The position numbers were made by a program, and so were the translations under genes. The notes beneath the pieces are model-generated. The model was given only the letters and a program-made list of their open reading frames with translations, ran no database searches and was not told the origin of the DNA. Below are positions 1 through 9,650 of a DNA stretch of 38,929 nt, piece after piece. Positions within the stretch are counted from its first letter, which is position 1, and the number at the start of each line of letters is the position of its first letter. Origin of the DNA: Candidatus Poseidoniaceae archaeon (GTDB taxonomy: Archaea; Thermoplasmatota; Poseidoniia; Poseidoniales; Poseidoniaceae); NCBI GenBank assembly GCA_949538025.1, contig CATISI010000088.1:1-38929 (forward strand), read 5' to 3'.

Positions 1-43
1 GCTCCAGCCTTGCTGCTGTCGAGCAATCCTCTGAGGGAAAAAA

Positions 44-3000
44 ATGGAAAAGGTATCAAAGACCTCGCAACGCCCTGTTTTGAGTTGGCTTATTGCCCCT
101 CTAGCAGTGCTGATTGCAATACTAGCAAACTACGTCGACGGACTCATGTCCATCGATGTTGAATTAAACAACGATGCGATGATGCCAGTCATCATCACCG
201 GAGTCGCCGGTCTCTTGGCCGTCACTCCTCGCATCCTCCGTCAACTAGGATCTCTACCAGAGTCGATTTCTCAAACACAAATCTCCCTCGCTATGTTTGT
301 TATCGCTCTTGTTGGTGCCGGAGTTGCAGAGTCCCAAACCGACGGATTTGTTGGTTTCACGTTCTTGGCGGTACTCTTCGGTGGGTATCTACTCGACACT
401 CGTGAGCGATACGAGTGGACGACTATGCTTGTCTTCGCTGGTGTCGGCGTGCATTCGGCATTCGATATTGCAGCAGCGGCTGCTGTGGATGGATATCTTC
501 CAAACACATACGAGTTCACCGGCGGACAATCTTACGATGTCTCGACGTTCCAAGAAACTGCTCTTGGCTTCGTCTTCTTCACATGGTTTACGGTCTTCCC
601 GATTATCGGTCTTCTCGTTGGTGTAGCTGGTCGTGGTGTTCTCAATCCAGCAGGCGACAAGGGATGGTTTTCCTACAATACAGTCGAATCAGGTTGGAAT
701 CGTCAAGCACTACCACTGCAAATCGCCCTTTTTGTTTGGGCAGCAGCCCACTTGGCCACCATCTGGCATTTCGATCAAGGAAGCATCGCAGATCGCCTAC
801 GCCTTGGTGGTCTGGGTGGCGTTGAAGCAAACGGCTTCGTCGGCTATTACTCGGCCCTTCTGACGGGAATCGTCGCAATCATTGTTTCAGGGATGGTTGC
901 AGAGCGTTGGTACACTCGAGCCATGACACTGAGCTCCCTGTGGGTTCTTTTCCAAATCGGTTCTTGGCTGGAAGCAGGATTTTGGACCAACGAAACCTTC
1001 GAAGAATCTTGGGCTCCTCTGATTTGGCTTGCTATCACGTTCTTCGTTGGTGTCGCTATCTCACTGATTGGAAACCACGAAAAATACGGTGGCTGGTCCA
1101 ACCGTGAGTCACATCGCCCAAGCGGTGCACGTCAATTTTGGAACGCCCATTGGGCCAGTCTATTGACCGTCGTCGCCTTCCTTGTCGGTCTCGTCATTCG
1201 TATTCAGTGGTATGCAGTCCCATCAATGCACGCTCTTGGTACCGACGGATTCGACATGACTGGCGGTTCTGACCCATGGTACATGAAGCGAGTTGTCGAC
1301 TATATTCTCGCTCAGAACGCTCACCTTGTCGTTGATGCAGACCGATTCTACCCAATCGGCGGTATCAATCCACGTCCTCCATTGTTCTCATGGAGTCTAG
1401 CAATAGGGGCCATGGTTTTGCAACCATTCCTCGGCGAGGATGCAGTCTGGTGGAGCATGCTTGCTCTCCCTGCTATCTACGGTGCATTGACCATTCTACC
1501 AGTTGCTGCAATCGCACGAGACCACTTCGGTAAAGCTGCAGGTGTCATCGCTGCTTGGCTGATTGCCTTCATGCCTGCCCACGTCACACACTCGACATGG
1601 GGATTGGCGGACCACGATTCATTCGTTATGTTGTTCATCGCCATTGGATTCATGTTTTACCTACGTGCTGTCAAGTACGCTGGTTCGGAACGTCTTGTCC
1701 GAGCCACATCGATCCGTCCATTCGATATGCTTCGAGCGATGGGTGCGGTTGCACAAGAGCGACAGTATGCAATGGCTAATGCAGTTCTTGCAGGTGTCGC
1801 ATTCGGTGCTGCAAGCCTTGGTTGGAAGGGATTCGTTGTCGGTCCTGCAATTTTGTTCCTTGCATACGCTGCGCAGGTCGCCCTCAACATGTTCCGACGA
1901 CGTGACTCGACAATTTTGAGCACGCTGTTCCTTACCATGCTCCTTACCAATCTCTTGATTGCGTTACCGTTCTACGCACACCCACAGATGAACCTCATGT
2001 TGGATGGAAGCGGTCTTCAACCGTTCCTGTTCATTCTGCTGTTCACCATTGTCATGATGTACATCACAACCGGATTCCGTGACAAACCATGGCTCCTCGT
2101 TCTGGGTACGCTTGCAGTCGGTGCTGTTGCTTTCCTTGGTGCTCTATGGGTTCTCAAGTACTTCAATCTCAGCAACGCATGGGATGTCTTATTCACTGGT
2201 GGTGGATACTTCACGAAGACGAAGATTTTCGGAACGGTTGCTGAAGCAAACGCTCCTGACCGCGGTTACATGTTCGCAAGTTTCGGACCAATCGTATTTG
2301 TCTTTGCTCTCGTAGTGGGCCTCACATCGCTGTGGCGAACCTTCAGCAAGCGAAGCCAAATTTCCTTGGTCTTTGCCGTTTGGATTTTCGCAGCATCGTA
2401 CATGTCCTGGACCGCAGCTCGTTTCCTCTTCAACGCAACACCTGTCGTTGCCATCATGGGCGCCGCAGGAATAGTTGGTTTCTGGAAGTGGGCTGACTGG
2501 GATAGTCTCGTACGTACCTGGCGAAGAGCAGGTATCCGAACACCATCTGAGCGAATTGCTGGTGCGCGACGAGCCGTGTGGCGAACACCATCGTTCTCCG
2601 CAGTTGTTCTTGTCCTCATCATGCTCTCTGGCCAGCAACTTACCTACGGTTTGGATTCAGCGATTCCAAGCAACTCTCCAGCAGAAGGCGACTTGGATGA
2701 ATCGTTCTACTACTCAGTACCTGACATCATGCGTTGGGATGGCCTCGGTGTTTCTGTCCTCGATAGTCGAGACTACGAAGCCTTTGGCGGTCGTGCCTAC
2801 ATGGGGTCGTTTGGAAGTGGTTTCAATGGCCAATACTGGAACGATGCCCATGAGTGGCTCGCCAATCAAGACAAGTATCACGAGGGCGTCTCAACGAAAG
2901 ACGATTGTGATACCCACAATGGTATCTGGATCAGCGATTCAGGCCTTTGTGAGATGAAATTCGGTGATAAACCAGCGTTCGTTTCATGGTGGGACTACGG

Positions 3001-6000
3001 TTTCCAAGCATTGAACACAGGTGAACACCCATCTGTTTCTGACAACTTCCAGACAGGTATTCCCACTTCAGGTAACATGCTTCTTGCTCGTAGTCAAATC
3101 GACTTGGTCGCTATGTTCATCCAACATCTTGCTGTTGCAGACATCACCTACAACGTTGGTAAGTCGGGTGACAAAGCCTTCACTCCAGCGTTCGAATCCG
3201 CGCTCAAGAACGGACTCGAGAATGCTGAACAAATCGAAGAACTTGAACTCGTCATGCTGCAAGACGGCATGGATTTCGATGACATGATAGAAGTTCTAAC
3301 CGATCGCAGCTTCGAGGCGTTCAAGAACAAGGGGGACACCTACATGACACGTGGGTACCCTCTCGATGCGAACGGCATTCCTGACAAGAGCATCGGTCTG
3401 CATTACCGTGTGTGGTCCGATGGTGAATTGATACCTTGTGACAATCCAAGCACAGAATTCTGTTTCAATGGAGATTACGTCTCTGAAGATTCAGCCAACA
3501 GCACCTTCCGAAACAACGCTGACGTCAGCTCGACTGAAGTCTCCGATGTCACACATTACACGTTCGGTGACTATTGGTACACCGCTGACTTGGTGGAAGA
3601 ATACGATTCCGTTTCGACAAGCATCCATCGTCAGAACGCATTGATCGCTCTTGTTGTTCAACTTCTGACCAAAGGTCTTGATGAGAGCCAAGTGGTTGAC
3701 CTTTATCACGATATCATTGGACTGGAATTCAACTACGAAGTTCAAGACTACAACGGCGCTCCTGGAGAGACCATCGAGCGTGACCACGAAATCCGTTACT
3801 TTGCCATTGATGACAAGCTCTATCCACGTGCAGGCCGCTATAATTCAGAAGCCGGTTACAACGGTGGACGACCGCTTGGTATCTTTGGTGCCCCAACCAT
3901 CCTATCCGGACAAGATTACAACACCTTTACCGACGAAGTGTATGAAACCAAGCGTGGAGACCAACCAGTACGTGAAATGGATCGAGAAGCTGTTGACGAA
4001 GCCATGCTCAAAGATGTCTTAGATCAACAATCCGGTGCTGATATCGAGCCATTGACTGTTCAAGATATTCGTGTTGACCACCTCCCCGAATTCTTTGACA
4101 CGATGTTGGCTCGTTCCTATGTCGGATACGGTGCATCAACGCTCGGAGCAGATGCTGGTTCAACCAACCCACAGCCTCGTCAGCAGTTGAGTGAAAGTTC
4201 ACGTGGAACCTCGTTTTTGCAGCAAGCCTACCCTTTGCCGGGTGCCATGATGAATCACTTCGTTATAGCCAACTGGTACGACCCTGAGACACCTGCAATT
4301 TTAGCCAACGCCAACGTCAAGGTCATGAAATACTACTCCGGTGCTGAAATTTCTGGTACCGTGATGACAGAGGACGATGGCTTAGGTCTACCAAATGCTC
4401 GAATTCTCATCGAACGTGATGCATTCTCCGGAGAGGGTGCAGAAGATCTTGATGAGGACACCTACTGGATCCCAATCGGTGTTACTGACGCTGATGAGAA
4501 CGGTGACTGGAGTTTCCTCGCACCTGCAGGAAAGATTCGTGTATCTGCTTTCGCAGGAGTTTATGATGATACGTTAGTTCTTCAAGACATCCAAAGTGGT
4601 GAGTTCGTTGATGGATTTGGCGACGTACTTACAGAGACTAACGATGATCGTGAAGTCTACGCCATTACCGCCATTCTCGGTGAAGTCGCAAACATGACGT
4701 GGTTGGGTGAAACCACCATCAACGTCACAGGTGCGCAAGCAGACCGAGACCCGAACGCCCCAGCAACTGCAGACATGGATATCGAAGTCCAGAGTACGGG
4801 CGTATCAGGAACAGTCACATGGTCTGGATACGGTGATTTCGACGGAGAGCCACTTGTCGAAACAGATTTCATTCTGCGAAACATCTGGGCAATGACCGAG
4901 AACTACACAATGACCACAACCAATGGTTCGTTCGAGACCGATGAAACTCGCGTTCTACAAGGAACGGGTGAGGTCACCTTCTCCGATGTTGGAACATTTA
5001 CCAGCGAAGGTGTGGCACTCGCTTACGATTTCACTGGAAACTTCACTCGAGAGATTTCCGATGCCCGTGTCTTCGCTGGAAACGGAACTTGGATCGGTAA
5101 GGGAACGATTGAAGCAACCTGGATTGAGCACGACAATGCATCACTCGATTGTGGTGAAAACAACACTATGCCAGAAAATGCGACATTGTGTTTGATTTCT
5201 GAAGGAACTGATTTCTCGACGTACCTCTTGGATGGAGAAGTTATGGCCAGTGGACGTTTGACTTCCGATGGTGTTAGCACGCTGATGAAGGAACTCGACG
5301 GTGAGACTTTTGAGGGCACTGGTATCTTCGAAGGTGTTGGAACGCTCAATGGAACTGGACTGTTCATTGGTCCAGGTACCTTCAGCGGTGATATCGTCAA
5401 CCCAGGTTCCTTCTACCAAACTGGTCTTGTTCCGGGCGTATACAACATGATTGCATTGATGCCAAATGGTAGAGAGATTCTCCTACCTGATCCTGTTGAG
5501 GTTGGCATTGAACCAAGTTTCGATTTGGCAATGACTCTGCCGGCCTCGTTGTTTGCAGATCAACTGACAACAATGTCAGGTGAAGCGATTCCGAACCAAG
5601 ATGTGCAACTCATCGATGTTGCTCTTGGCGAAGACGAAATGGTCACCATCACATCCGATGATGAAGGAAACGTCTCATACGGGCCGATTACAGCTGGCGA
5701 ATACTACGTTCGAGTTGATCTCGACGACGATGGATTCTACGAACTCAACCAGACTCTGCAGGTCTTCGATGAGCCAATGAACTTCACCTTTGACACAGGC
5801 GTGCCGGAAATGTACGATCTAACAATCACATTGAACGGCCCAGAAGGATTCGATGTTTCAGGTCTAGAAGTCAACTTCACCGACCCACTCGGATTGTTAC
5901 CAATCAGTGTTGTTTCCGATGAGAACGGTGTTGTTTACGTCGAACTTCCTGTCGGTGAATGGTCCGCAAGTGACAACAGCGATGAGGACTACATCCTGAT

Positions 6001-9000
6001 TGAAGAAATTAAGGTCGAGGATTCAGACTTGACATTGGACTTCACATACTCGACCTCGGTTTGGGTCAACGGTTCTATTGACGCTCCGAACACAGCTGGA
6101 TTTACCTACGAGGAGTGGCTTGCACTCGCTGCAGAAGAGAAACTGTACGAGAATGCAAGTTCAGTTCCAGTTACCTTCCACGGTAACGGACTGGAATTTA
6201 CCACGATTACGGATCAATTCGGTGAGTTCAGTCAGCGCTTACCTGCTGATATGACCTTCAACCTCAATGCGCAAAGTTCCGTATCGAGCTTCGCCGTTGG
6301 CTCTTCTGTCGTTGTATCCGAAGGAATGGCTGATTTAGATGCCTTAATTCTCGAGCCAACCGTGGACGCTGTAGGTGCAATTTATCTGTTCAACAACGAG
6401 ACAAGTTGGAATCAAGATATTCCGAACTACGAGCCTGTTGAAATTCATGCAGAAGGTGAAGATGGTGTCGTATGGACAACGACATCCGATGGAGATGGTC
6501 TGTTCAACATGCAATTGCTCAATGGAACTTGGACCTTCAGTATTCCTGCTGCGGAGTACAATGCAGCATCCGTTTCGGATTACATCGTCAACGTTCAAGA
6601 TGGCATGAACCCAGAACCTGTGAGTTTGATTACAAACCCTGCAAACAGTACTGTGACTCTCAACGTCTTCACCGATTTGGGAGATGGTGTCTTTGAAAAT
6701 GGAACGGCTGTCCGCCCTGATATACAGTTAATTCCTGTATCTGTAGTCGGTGAAGGTGTAAACATCACTTCGGACGACTACAGCGAAGACGGAATTGTTG
6801 AGGTTGTTTTGAGCCCAGGTATCTATGCCATTTCGACCAATAACTTGGACGCATCAGATGAAAACGCAAGTGATGCAAGTCTCGAGGTCAATGCTGTATT
6901 GGACATTATTCCAATCGGTTTGACTGGTCCTGAAGAACCAGTTCTCGTTCCAATCGTTGATGCATGGCGCATGAACGGAACAATCTCATGGGCCAATGGC
7001 TCTGCAATGGTCGAGAACTTCTTGCTCTCCACACCAGATGGTTCAGATTACGTCCCGATCAGTGTTGATGAAAATGGAACCTTCGCAGCCTACGTGCAGA
7101 GCGGTGATTACATTGTCGTGGTTGCACCACTACTCAACGGAGATGGTGTCACAGAATCACTGCGTATGCCAATCACCATTGGAGACGATTCCAGTGTTCG
7201 CACTGAACTCGCACTTTCACTTGTCGAGGCTGTCGAAGTCTCGCTCACCTTGTTGGAAGCGGGTACAGAATCTGAACTCTCTGGAAAGAAGGTTGTCCTC
7301 GTCAGTCATGATGGCTTTGGTAATATCACCATGAATCCATCCGATGCTGATGGAAACGCATCACAATTATTGATGCCAGGAACATGGAGCCTCTACATGA
7401 ACGAGTCCGCAGCACAACGCTACTGGACGCTCGATACATCCGATGCTCCTATCTTGATCGACGCAAACACCTCGCTTGGCGATGTGTATGCAGAATTGGA
7501 AGTTGAAATTGGTGGAAAGGCTTACTGGGATACCGATGAAAATGACATCGCAGATGGCAACGAAGGTGTCGAAGGCGCTGATGTTACCATCCAAGGTGGA
7601 ATCATCGACACGGTCGTGACAACAGACGCTGACGGTGTTTGGCGAATCTATGTCCCAATCCTCGAGAGCTATTCTGTTACCGTCGCAAAGGACGGATTTG
7701 GTGTCGTATCGTACGATGACAATGATACAGGGATGTATGTTGTTGACAATGAACCTGTTTCACAGGATATCGAAATGTCAGCAGCAGAAGTCACCGTAAC
7801 AGGGACCATCACCGATGTTCTTGACGCCTCCCGATTGGATGGTGCAACCATCACACTCTACGGAACCTCAGAGAATCAACAAGATGCTGTTGAAGTTGTT
7901 GGAGTTCTCGTTGATGAGACGCTTTCATTCACAGCAGTTGTTGAACCCGGACAATGGGTTGTCGTTGTTTACGAAGATGATGCACCGTTCAACGGCGGTG
8001 GTGTAGCAGTTGGATTGCTTGAAGCTGAAGTACAGAATGGCGGTTCAATTGAACTTGTTATGAGCAAGGGTGGTTGGGTTGATGTATCAACCGAATTCAC
8101 TTCGTTCAACCTACAGACCTTCAATGCTGGCATGGGCGATGCTTCATCACCTGTTGCAGATGTTGTTGATATCGAAGTTGACCTTGGAGATGGACGTGTT
8201 TGGGCCCTACCGTTGGAATCCGACGGTACACTCGAAGTCCTCCTCCCAGCTGAAGCAGCAACATTCAACTCGGAATTCTCAACCGTTCAGCGCGATTTGA
8301 CCATGAACTACACCGCCGGTGTTTCGATTGACAACGGTGACGAAGGCCGAACCTCGGTCATGCTTTCCTACAACAGAAAAACGAACAGCGACCTAACGCT
8401 CACTGTCGACTCGGTTACAGGAGCCACAGTACTCGGAGATGAAAACCGTGATTTGCTCGCTGTTGTGGACACAAGCGACGACGCCAACTACACGGCCATT
8501 GAGTTCGATGTCCTCGCACAATACGGTGGAACTGAGATTTCAGATCCGTTCGAAGTGACCGGTACAGTAACCGTATCGCCTGACCAAGAAGATTGGTCTG
8601 TTGAATTCTACAACGGTACGGATTGGGTCAGCACATCCAACGTTCAGCTTGGCATTGGTGACGTTGCAGAGAACGCAACGCTCGAAGCTACGCTGCGTGC
8701 ACGAATTGTTCTGCCATCTGTTGAAACGGCATGGTGGCTTGAAAACGGTCATGACATCAACATTCGATTCTCTGCCGACAGTGGAGATATGACGGAAGTT
8801 TCGCTCAATGTCGAAGTCCCTCAAACCTACGGATTCAACACAACGGATGTTACATCCACGGTTGGTGTTGCACCTGGTGGTACTACCACTGCGTCCTTGA
8901 CTATCAACAACAACGGTAACGGTGATGACTCCTTCACGTACGAAGTGCTTGACAACCTGCCAGATGGTTGGACGGTAACTCCAATGAATGGTGTCACCAC

Positions 9001-9595
9001 GATTGCTAAGGACAACATGCGTGACCTTGCATTCTCTATAACCGGTGCGCCTTCCTTCGATGATGGTAAAGTTACTGTCACCGTTCGAATTACAAGCGAG
9101 GATGGTGTGACGCAAGAAGATGTTAAGATAATTGTTGAATCTGCTCGAATCGTGTTGAGCTGGGATCAAGATATCTCCACATCTCGAAGCAATATCTTGG
9201 CAGACGTTGAACCAAACACTCTCGTGATTGTCATCGAGAACAGTGGTCTACGTCCAGCGCAACAAGTGACGATTTACCTTGATAGCAAGGGAATGTCAGA
9301 GATGAACATGACACTCAACGTTCCTGCAGAAGGTTCAACAGACTTCGAATTTGTCTTGCCGAAGGCGAGCCAAGGAATCACTCGATACGACGTACGTGCA
9401 GAAATCCTCGGTGATGATGCCAATTACTCGACCAACAATGTTGATGGGGATTTCCCGATAGAGTATGTGGTGCAGGGTTCGGAAGAGACATCCAACCCGA
9501 TCGTTATCATCGTCATCATTGCTTTGACCTTCACCATTCTGTACTTCGGATTCAAGGCGTCGTCTCGAGTCCGTGGCGCTGGTGGACGATTCTGA
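44..9595 (+). CDS. aglB: Giant (3183 aa) membrane protein: archaeal oligosaccharyltransferase AglB/STT3 core fused to a ~2100-aa extracellular beta-sandwich-repeat extension with a terminal TM anchor
   Basis: Uninterrupted ORF with ATG at 44, preceded by GAGGG (32-36). STT3 hallmarks in the translation: GGSDPWYMKR (D410, nt 1271-1273), ADHDSF (D523-H524-D525, nt 1610-1618) and WWDYG (aa 982-986, nt 2987-3001), set among many hydrophobic helices. The downstream part is acidic and rich in N-x-S/T. It has recurring carboxypeptidase-regulatory-like and CARDB-like signatures, e.g. SGTVMTEDDGLGLPNARILIERD...TDADENGDWSF and NTLVIVIENSGLRPAQQVTIYLD. It ends with the hydrophobic helix NPIVIIVIIALTFTILYFGF plus the basic tail KASSRVRGAGGRF. 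Confidence 0.85.
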   Translation: MEKVSKTSQRPVLSWLIAPLAVLIAILANYVDGLMSIDVELNNDAMMPVIITGVAGLLAVTPRILRQLGSLPESISQTQISLAMFVIALVGAGVAESQTDGFVGFTFLAVLFGGYLLDTRERYEWTTMLVFAGVGVHSAFDIAAAAAVDGYLPNTYEFTGGQSYDVSTFQETALGFVFFTWFTVFPIIGLLVGVAGRGVLNPAGDKGWFSYNTVESGWNRQALPLQIALFVWAAAHLATIWHFDQGSIADRLRLGGLGGVEANGFVGYYSALLTGIVAIIVSGMVAERWYTRAMTLSSLWVLFQIGSWLEAGFWTNETFEESWAPLIWLAITFFVGVAISLIGNHEKYGGWSNRESHRPSGARQFWNAHWASLLTVVAFLVGLVIRIQWYAVPSMHALGTDGFDMTGGSDPWYMKRVVDYILAQNAHLVVDADRFYPIGGINPRPPLFSWSLAIGAMVLQPFLGEDAVWWSMLALPAIYGALTILPVAAIARDHFGKAAGVIAAWLIAFMPAHVTHSTWGLADHDSFVMLFIAIGFMFYLRAVKYAGSERLVRATSIRPFDMLRAMGAVAQERQYAMANAVLAGVAFGAASLGWKGFVVGPAILFLAYAAQVALNMFRRRDSTILSTLFLTMLLTNLLIALPFYAHPQMNLMLDGSGLQPFLFILLFTIVMMYITTGFRDKPWLLVLGTLAVGAVAFLGALWVLKYFNLSNAWDVLFTGGGYFTKTKIFGTVAEANAPDRGYMFASFGPIVFVFALVVGLTSLWRTFSKRSQISLVFAVWIFAASYMSWTAARFLFNATPVVAIMGAAGIVGFWKWADWDSLVRTWRRAGIRTPSERIAGARRAVWRTPSFSAVVLVLIMLSGQQLTYGLDSAIPSNSPAEGDLDESFYYSVPDIMRWDGLGVSVLDSRDYEAFGGRAYMGSFGSGFNGQYWNDAHEWLANQDKYHEGVSTKDDCDTHNGIWISDSGLCEMKFGDKPAFVSWWDYGFQALNTGEHPSVSDNFQTGIPTSGNMLLARSQIDLVAMFIQHLAVADITYNVGKSGDKAFTPAFESALKNGLENAEQIEELELVMLQDGMDFDDMIEVLTDRSFEAFKNKGDTYMTRGYPLDANGIPDKSIGLHYRVWSDGELIPCDNPSTEFCFNGDYVSEDSANSTFRNNADVSSTEVSDVTHYTFGDYWYTADLVEEYDSVSTSIHRQNALIALVVQLLTKGLDESQVVDLYHDIIGLEFNYEVQDYNGAPGETIERDHEIRYFAIDDKLYPRAGRYNSEAGYNGGRPLGIFGAPTILSGQDYNTFTDEVYETKRGDQPVREMDREAVDEAMLKDVLDQQSGADIEPLTVQDIRVDHLPEFFDTMLARSYVGYGASTLGADAGSTNPQPRQQLSESSRGTSFLQQAYPLPGAMMNHFVIANWYDPETPAILANANVKVMKYYSGAEISGTVMTEDDGLGLPNARILIERDAFSGEGAEDLDEDTYWIPIGVTDADENGDWSFLAPAGKIRVSAFAGVYDDTLVLQDIQSGEFVDGFGDVLTETNDDREVYAITAILGEVANMTWLGETTINVTGAQADRDPNAPATADMDIEVQSTGVSGTVTWSGYGDFDGEPLVETDFILRNIWAMTENYTMTTTNGSFETDETRVLQGTGEVTFSDVGTFTSEGVALAYDFTGNFTREISDARVFAGNGTWIGKGTIEATWIEHDNASLDCGENNTMPENATLCLISEGTDFSTYLLDGEVMASGRLTSDGVSTLMKELDGETFEGTGIFEGVGTLNGTGLFIGPGTFSGDIVNPGSFYQTGLVPGVYNMIALMPNGREILLPDPVEVGIEPSFDLAMTLPASLFADQLTTMSGEAIPNQDVQLIDVALGEDEMVTITSDDEGNVSYGPITAGEYYVRVDLDDDGFYELNQTLQVFDEPMNFTFDTGVPEMYDLTITLNGPEGFDVSGLEVNFTDPLGLLPISVVSDENGVVYVELPVGEWSASDNSDEDYILIEEIKVEDSDLTLDFTYSTSVWVNGSIDAPNTAGFTYEEWLALAAEEKLYENASSVPVTFHGNGLEFTTITDQFGEFSQRLPADMTFNLNAQSSVSSFAVGSSVVVSEGMADLDALILEPTVDAVGAIYLFNNETSWNQDIPNYEPVEIHAEGEDGVVWTTTSDGDGLFNMQLLNGTWTFSIPAAEYNAASVSDYIVNVQDGMNPEPVSLITNPANSTVTLNVFTDLGDGVFENGTAVRPDIQLIPVSVVGEGVNITSDDYSEDGIVEVVLSPGIYAISTNNLDASDENASDASLEVNAVLDIIPIGLTGPEEPVLVPIVDAWRMNGTISWANGSAMVENFLLSTPDGSDYVPISVDENGTFAAYVQSGDYIVVVAPLLNGDGVTESLRMPITIGDDSSVRTELALSLVEAVEVSLTLLEAGTESELSGKKVVLVSHDGFGNITMNPSDADGNASQLLMPGTWSLYMNESAAQRYWTLDTSDAPILIDANTSLGDVYAELEVEIGGKAYWDTDENDIADGNEGVEGADVTIQGGIIDTVVTTDADGVWRIYVPILESYSVTVAKDGFGVVSYDDNDTGMYVVDNEPVSQDIEMSAAEVTVTGTITDVLDASRLDGATITLYGTSENQQDAVEVVGVLVDETLSFTAVVEPGQWVVVVYEDDAPFNGGGVAVGLLEAEVQNGGSIELVMSKGGWVDVSTEFTSFNLQTFNAGMGDASSPVADVVDIEVDLGDGRVWALPLESDGTLEVLLPAEAATFNSEFSTVQRDLTMNYTAGVSIDNGDEGRTSVMLSYNRKTNSDLTLTVDSVTGATVLGDENRDLLAVVDTSDDANYTAIEFDVLAQYGGTEISDPFEVTGTVTVSPDQEDWSVEFYNGTDWVSTSNVQLGIGDVAENATLEATLRARIVLPSVETAWWLENGHDINIRFSADSGDMTEVSLNVEVPQTYGFNTTDVTSTVGVAPGGTTTASLTINNNGNGDDSFTYEVLDNLPDGWTVTPMNGVTTIAKDNMRDLAFSITGAPSFDDGKVTVTVRITSEDGVTQEDVKIIVESARIVLSWDQDISTSRSNILADVEPNTLVIVIENSGLRPAQQVTIYLDSKGMSEMNMTLNVPAEGSTDFEFVLPKASQGITRYDVRAEILGDDANYSTNNVDGDFPIEYVVQGSEETSNPIVIIVIIALTFTILYFGFKASSRVRGAGGRF
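1139..3340 (+). other. STT3/AglB catalytic core region (canonical TM1 through the WWDYG-containing external domain). Boundaries are approximate.
   Basis: The helix ASLLTVVAFLVGLVIRIQWYAV is followed directly by the DPWY..R loop motif, then a DHD motif, multiple TM helices, and WWDYG at nt 2987-3001. SDNFQTGIPTSGNMLLA sits where the DK/MI motif is normally found. Boundaries were judged by eye. Confidence 0.7.
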
Positions 9596-9650
9596 TTCGT
9601 TCGAAGACAAGGCTTGATACACGAGAACCGCCCATTTCAACGGGAGGGGC

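Noticed and set aside
8540-9169. 209-aa minus-strand ORF inside the aglB extension
   Set aside because: It lies fully antisense within a long ORF that has recognisable domain repeats. The translation is Arg/Cys/Asn-rich with no motif. This is a typical shadow ORF of an acidic-protein gene.
9480-9595. Possible archaeosortase (PGF-CTERM-like) sorting signal at the AglB C-terminus
   Set aside because: The TM helix plus basic tail fits the general shape, but there is no PGF/PEF-type tripeptide before the helix (the sequence is ...EETSNPIVII...). No archaeosortase gene is in the window. I treat it as a plain TM anchor.
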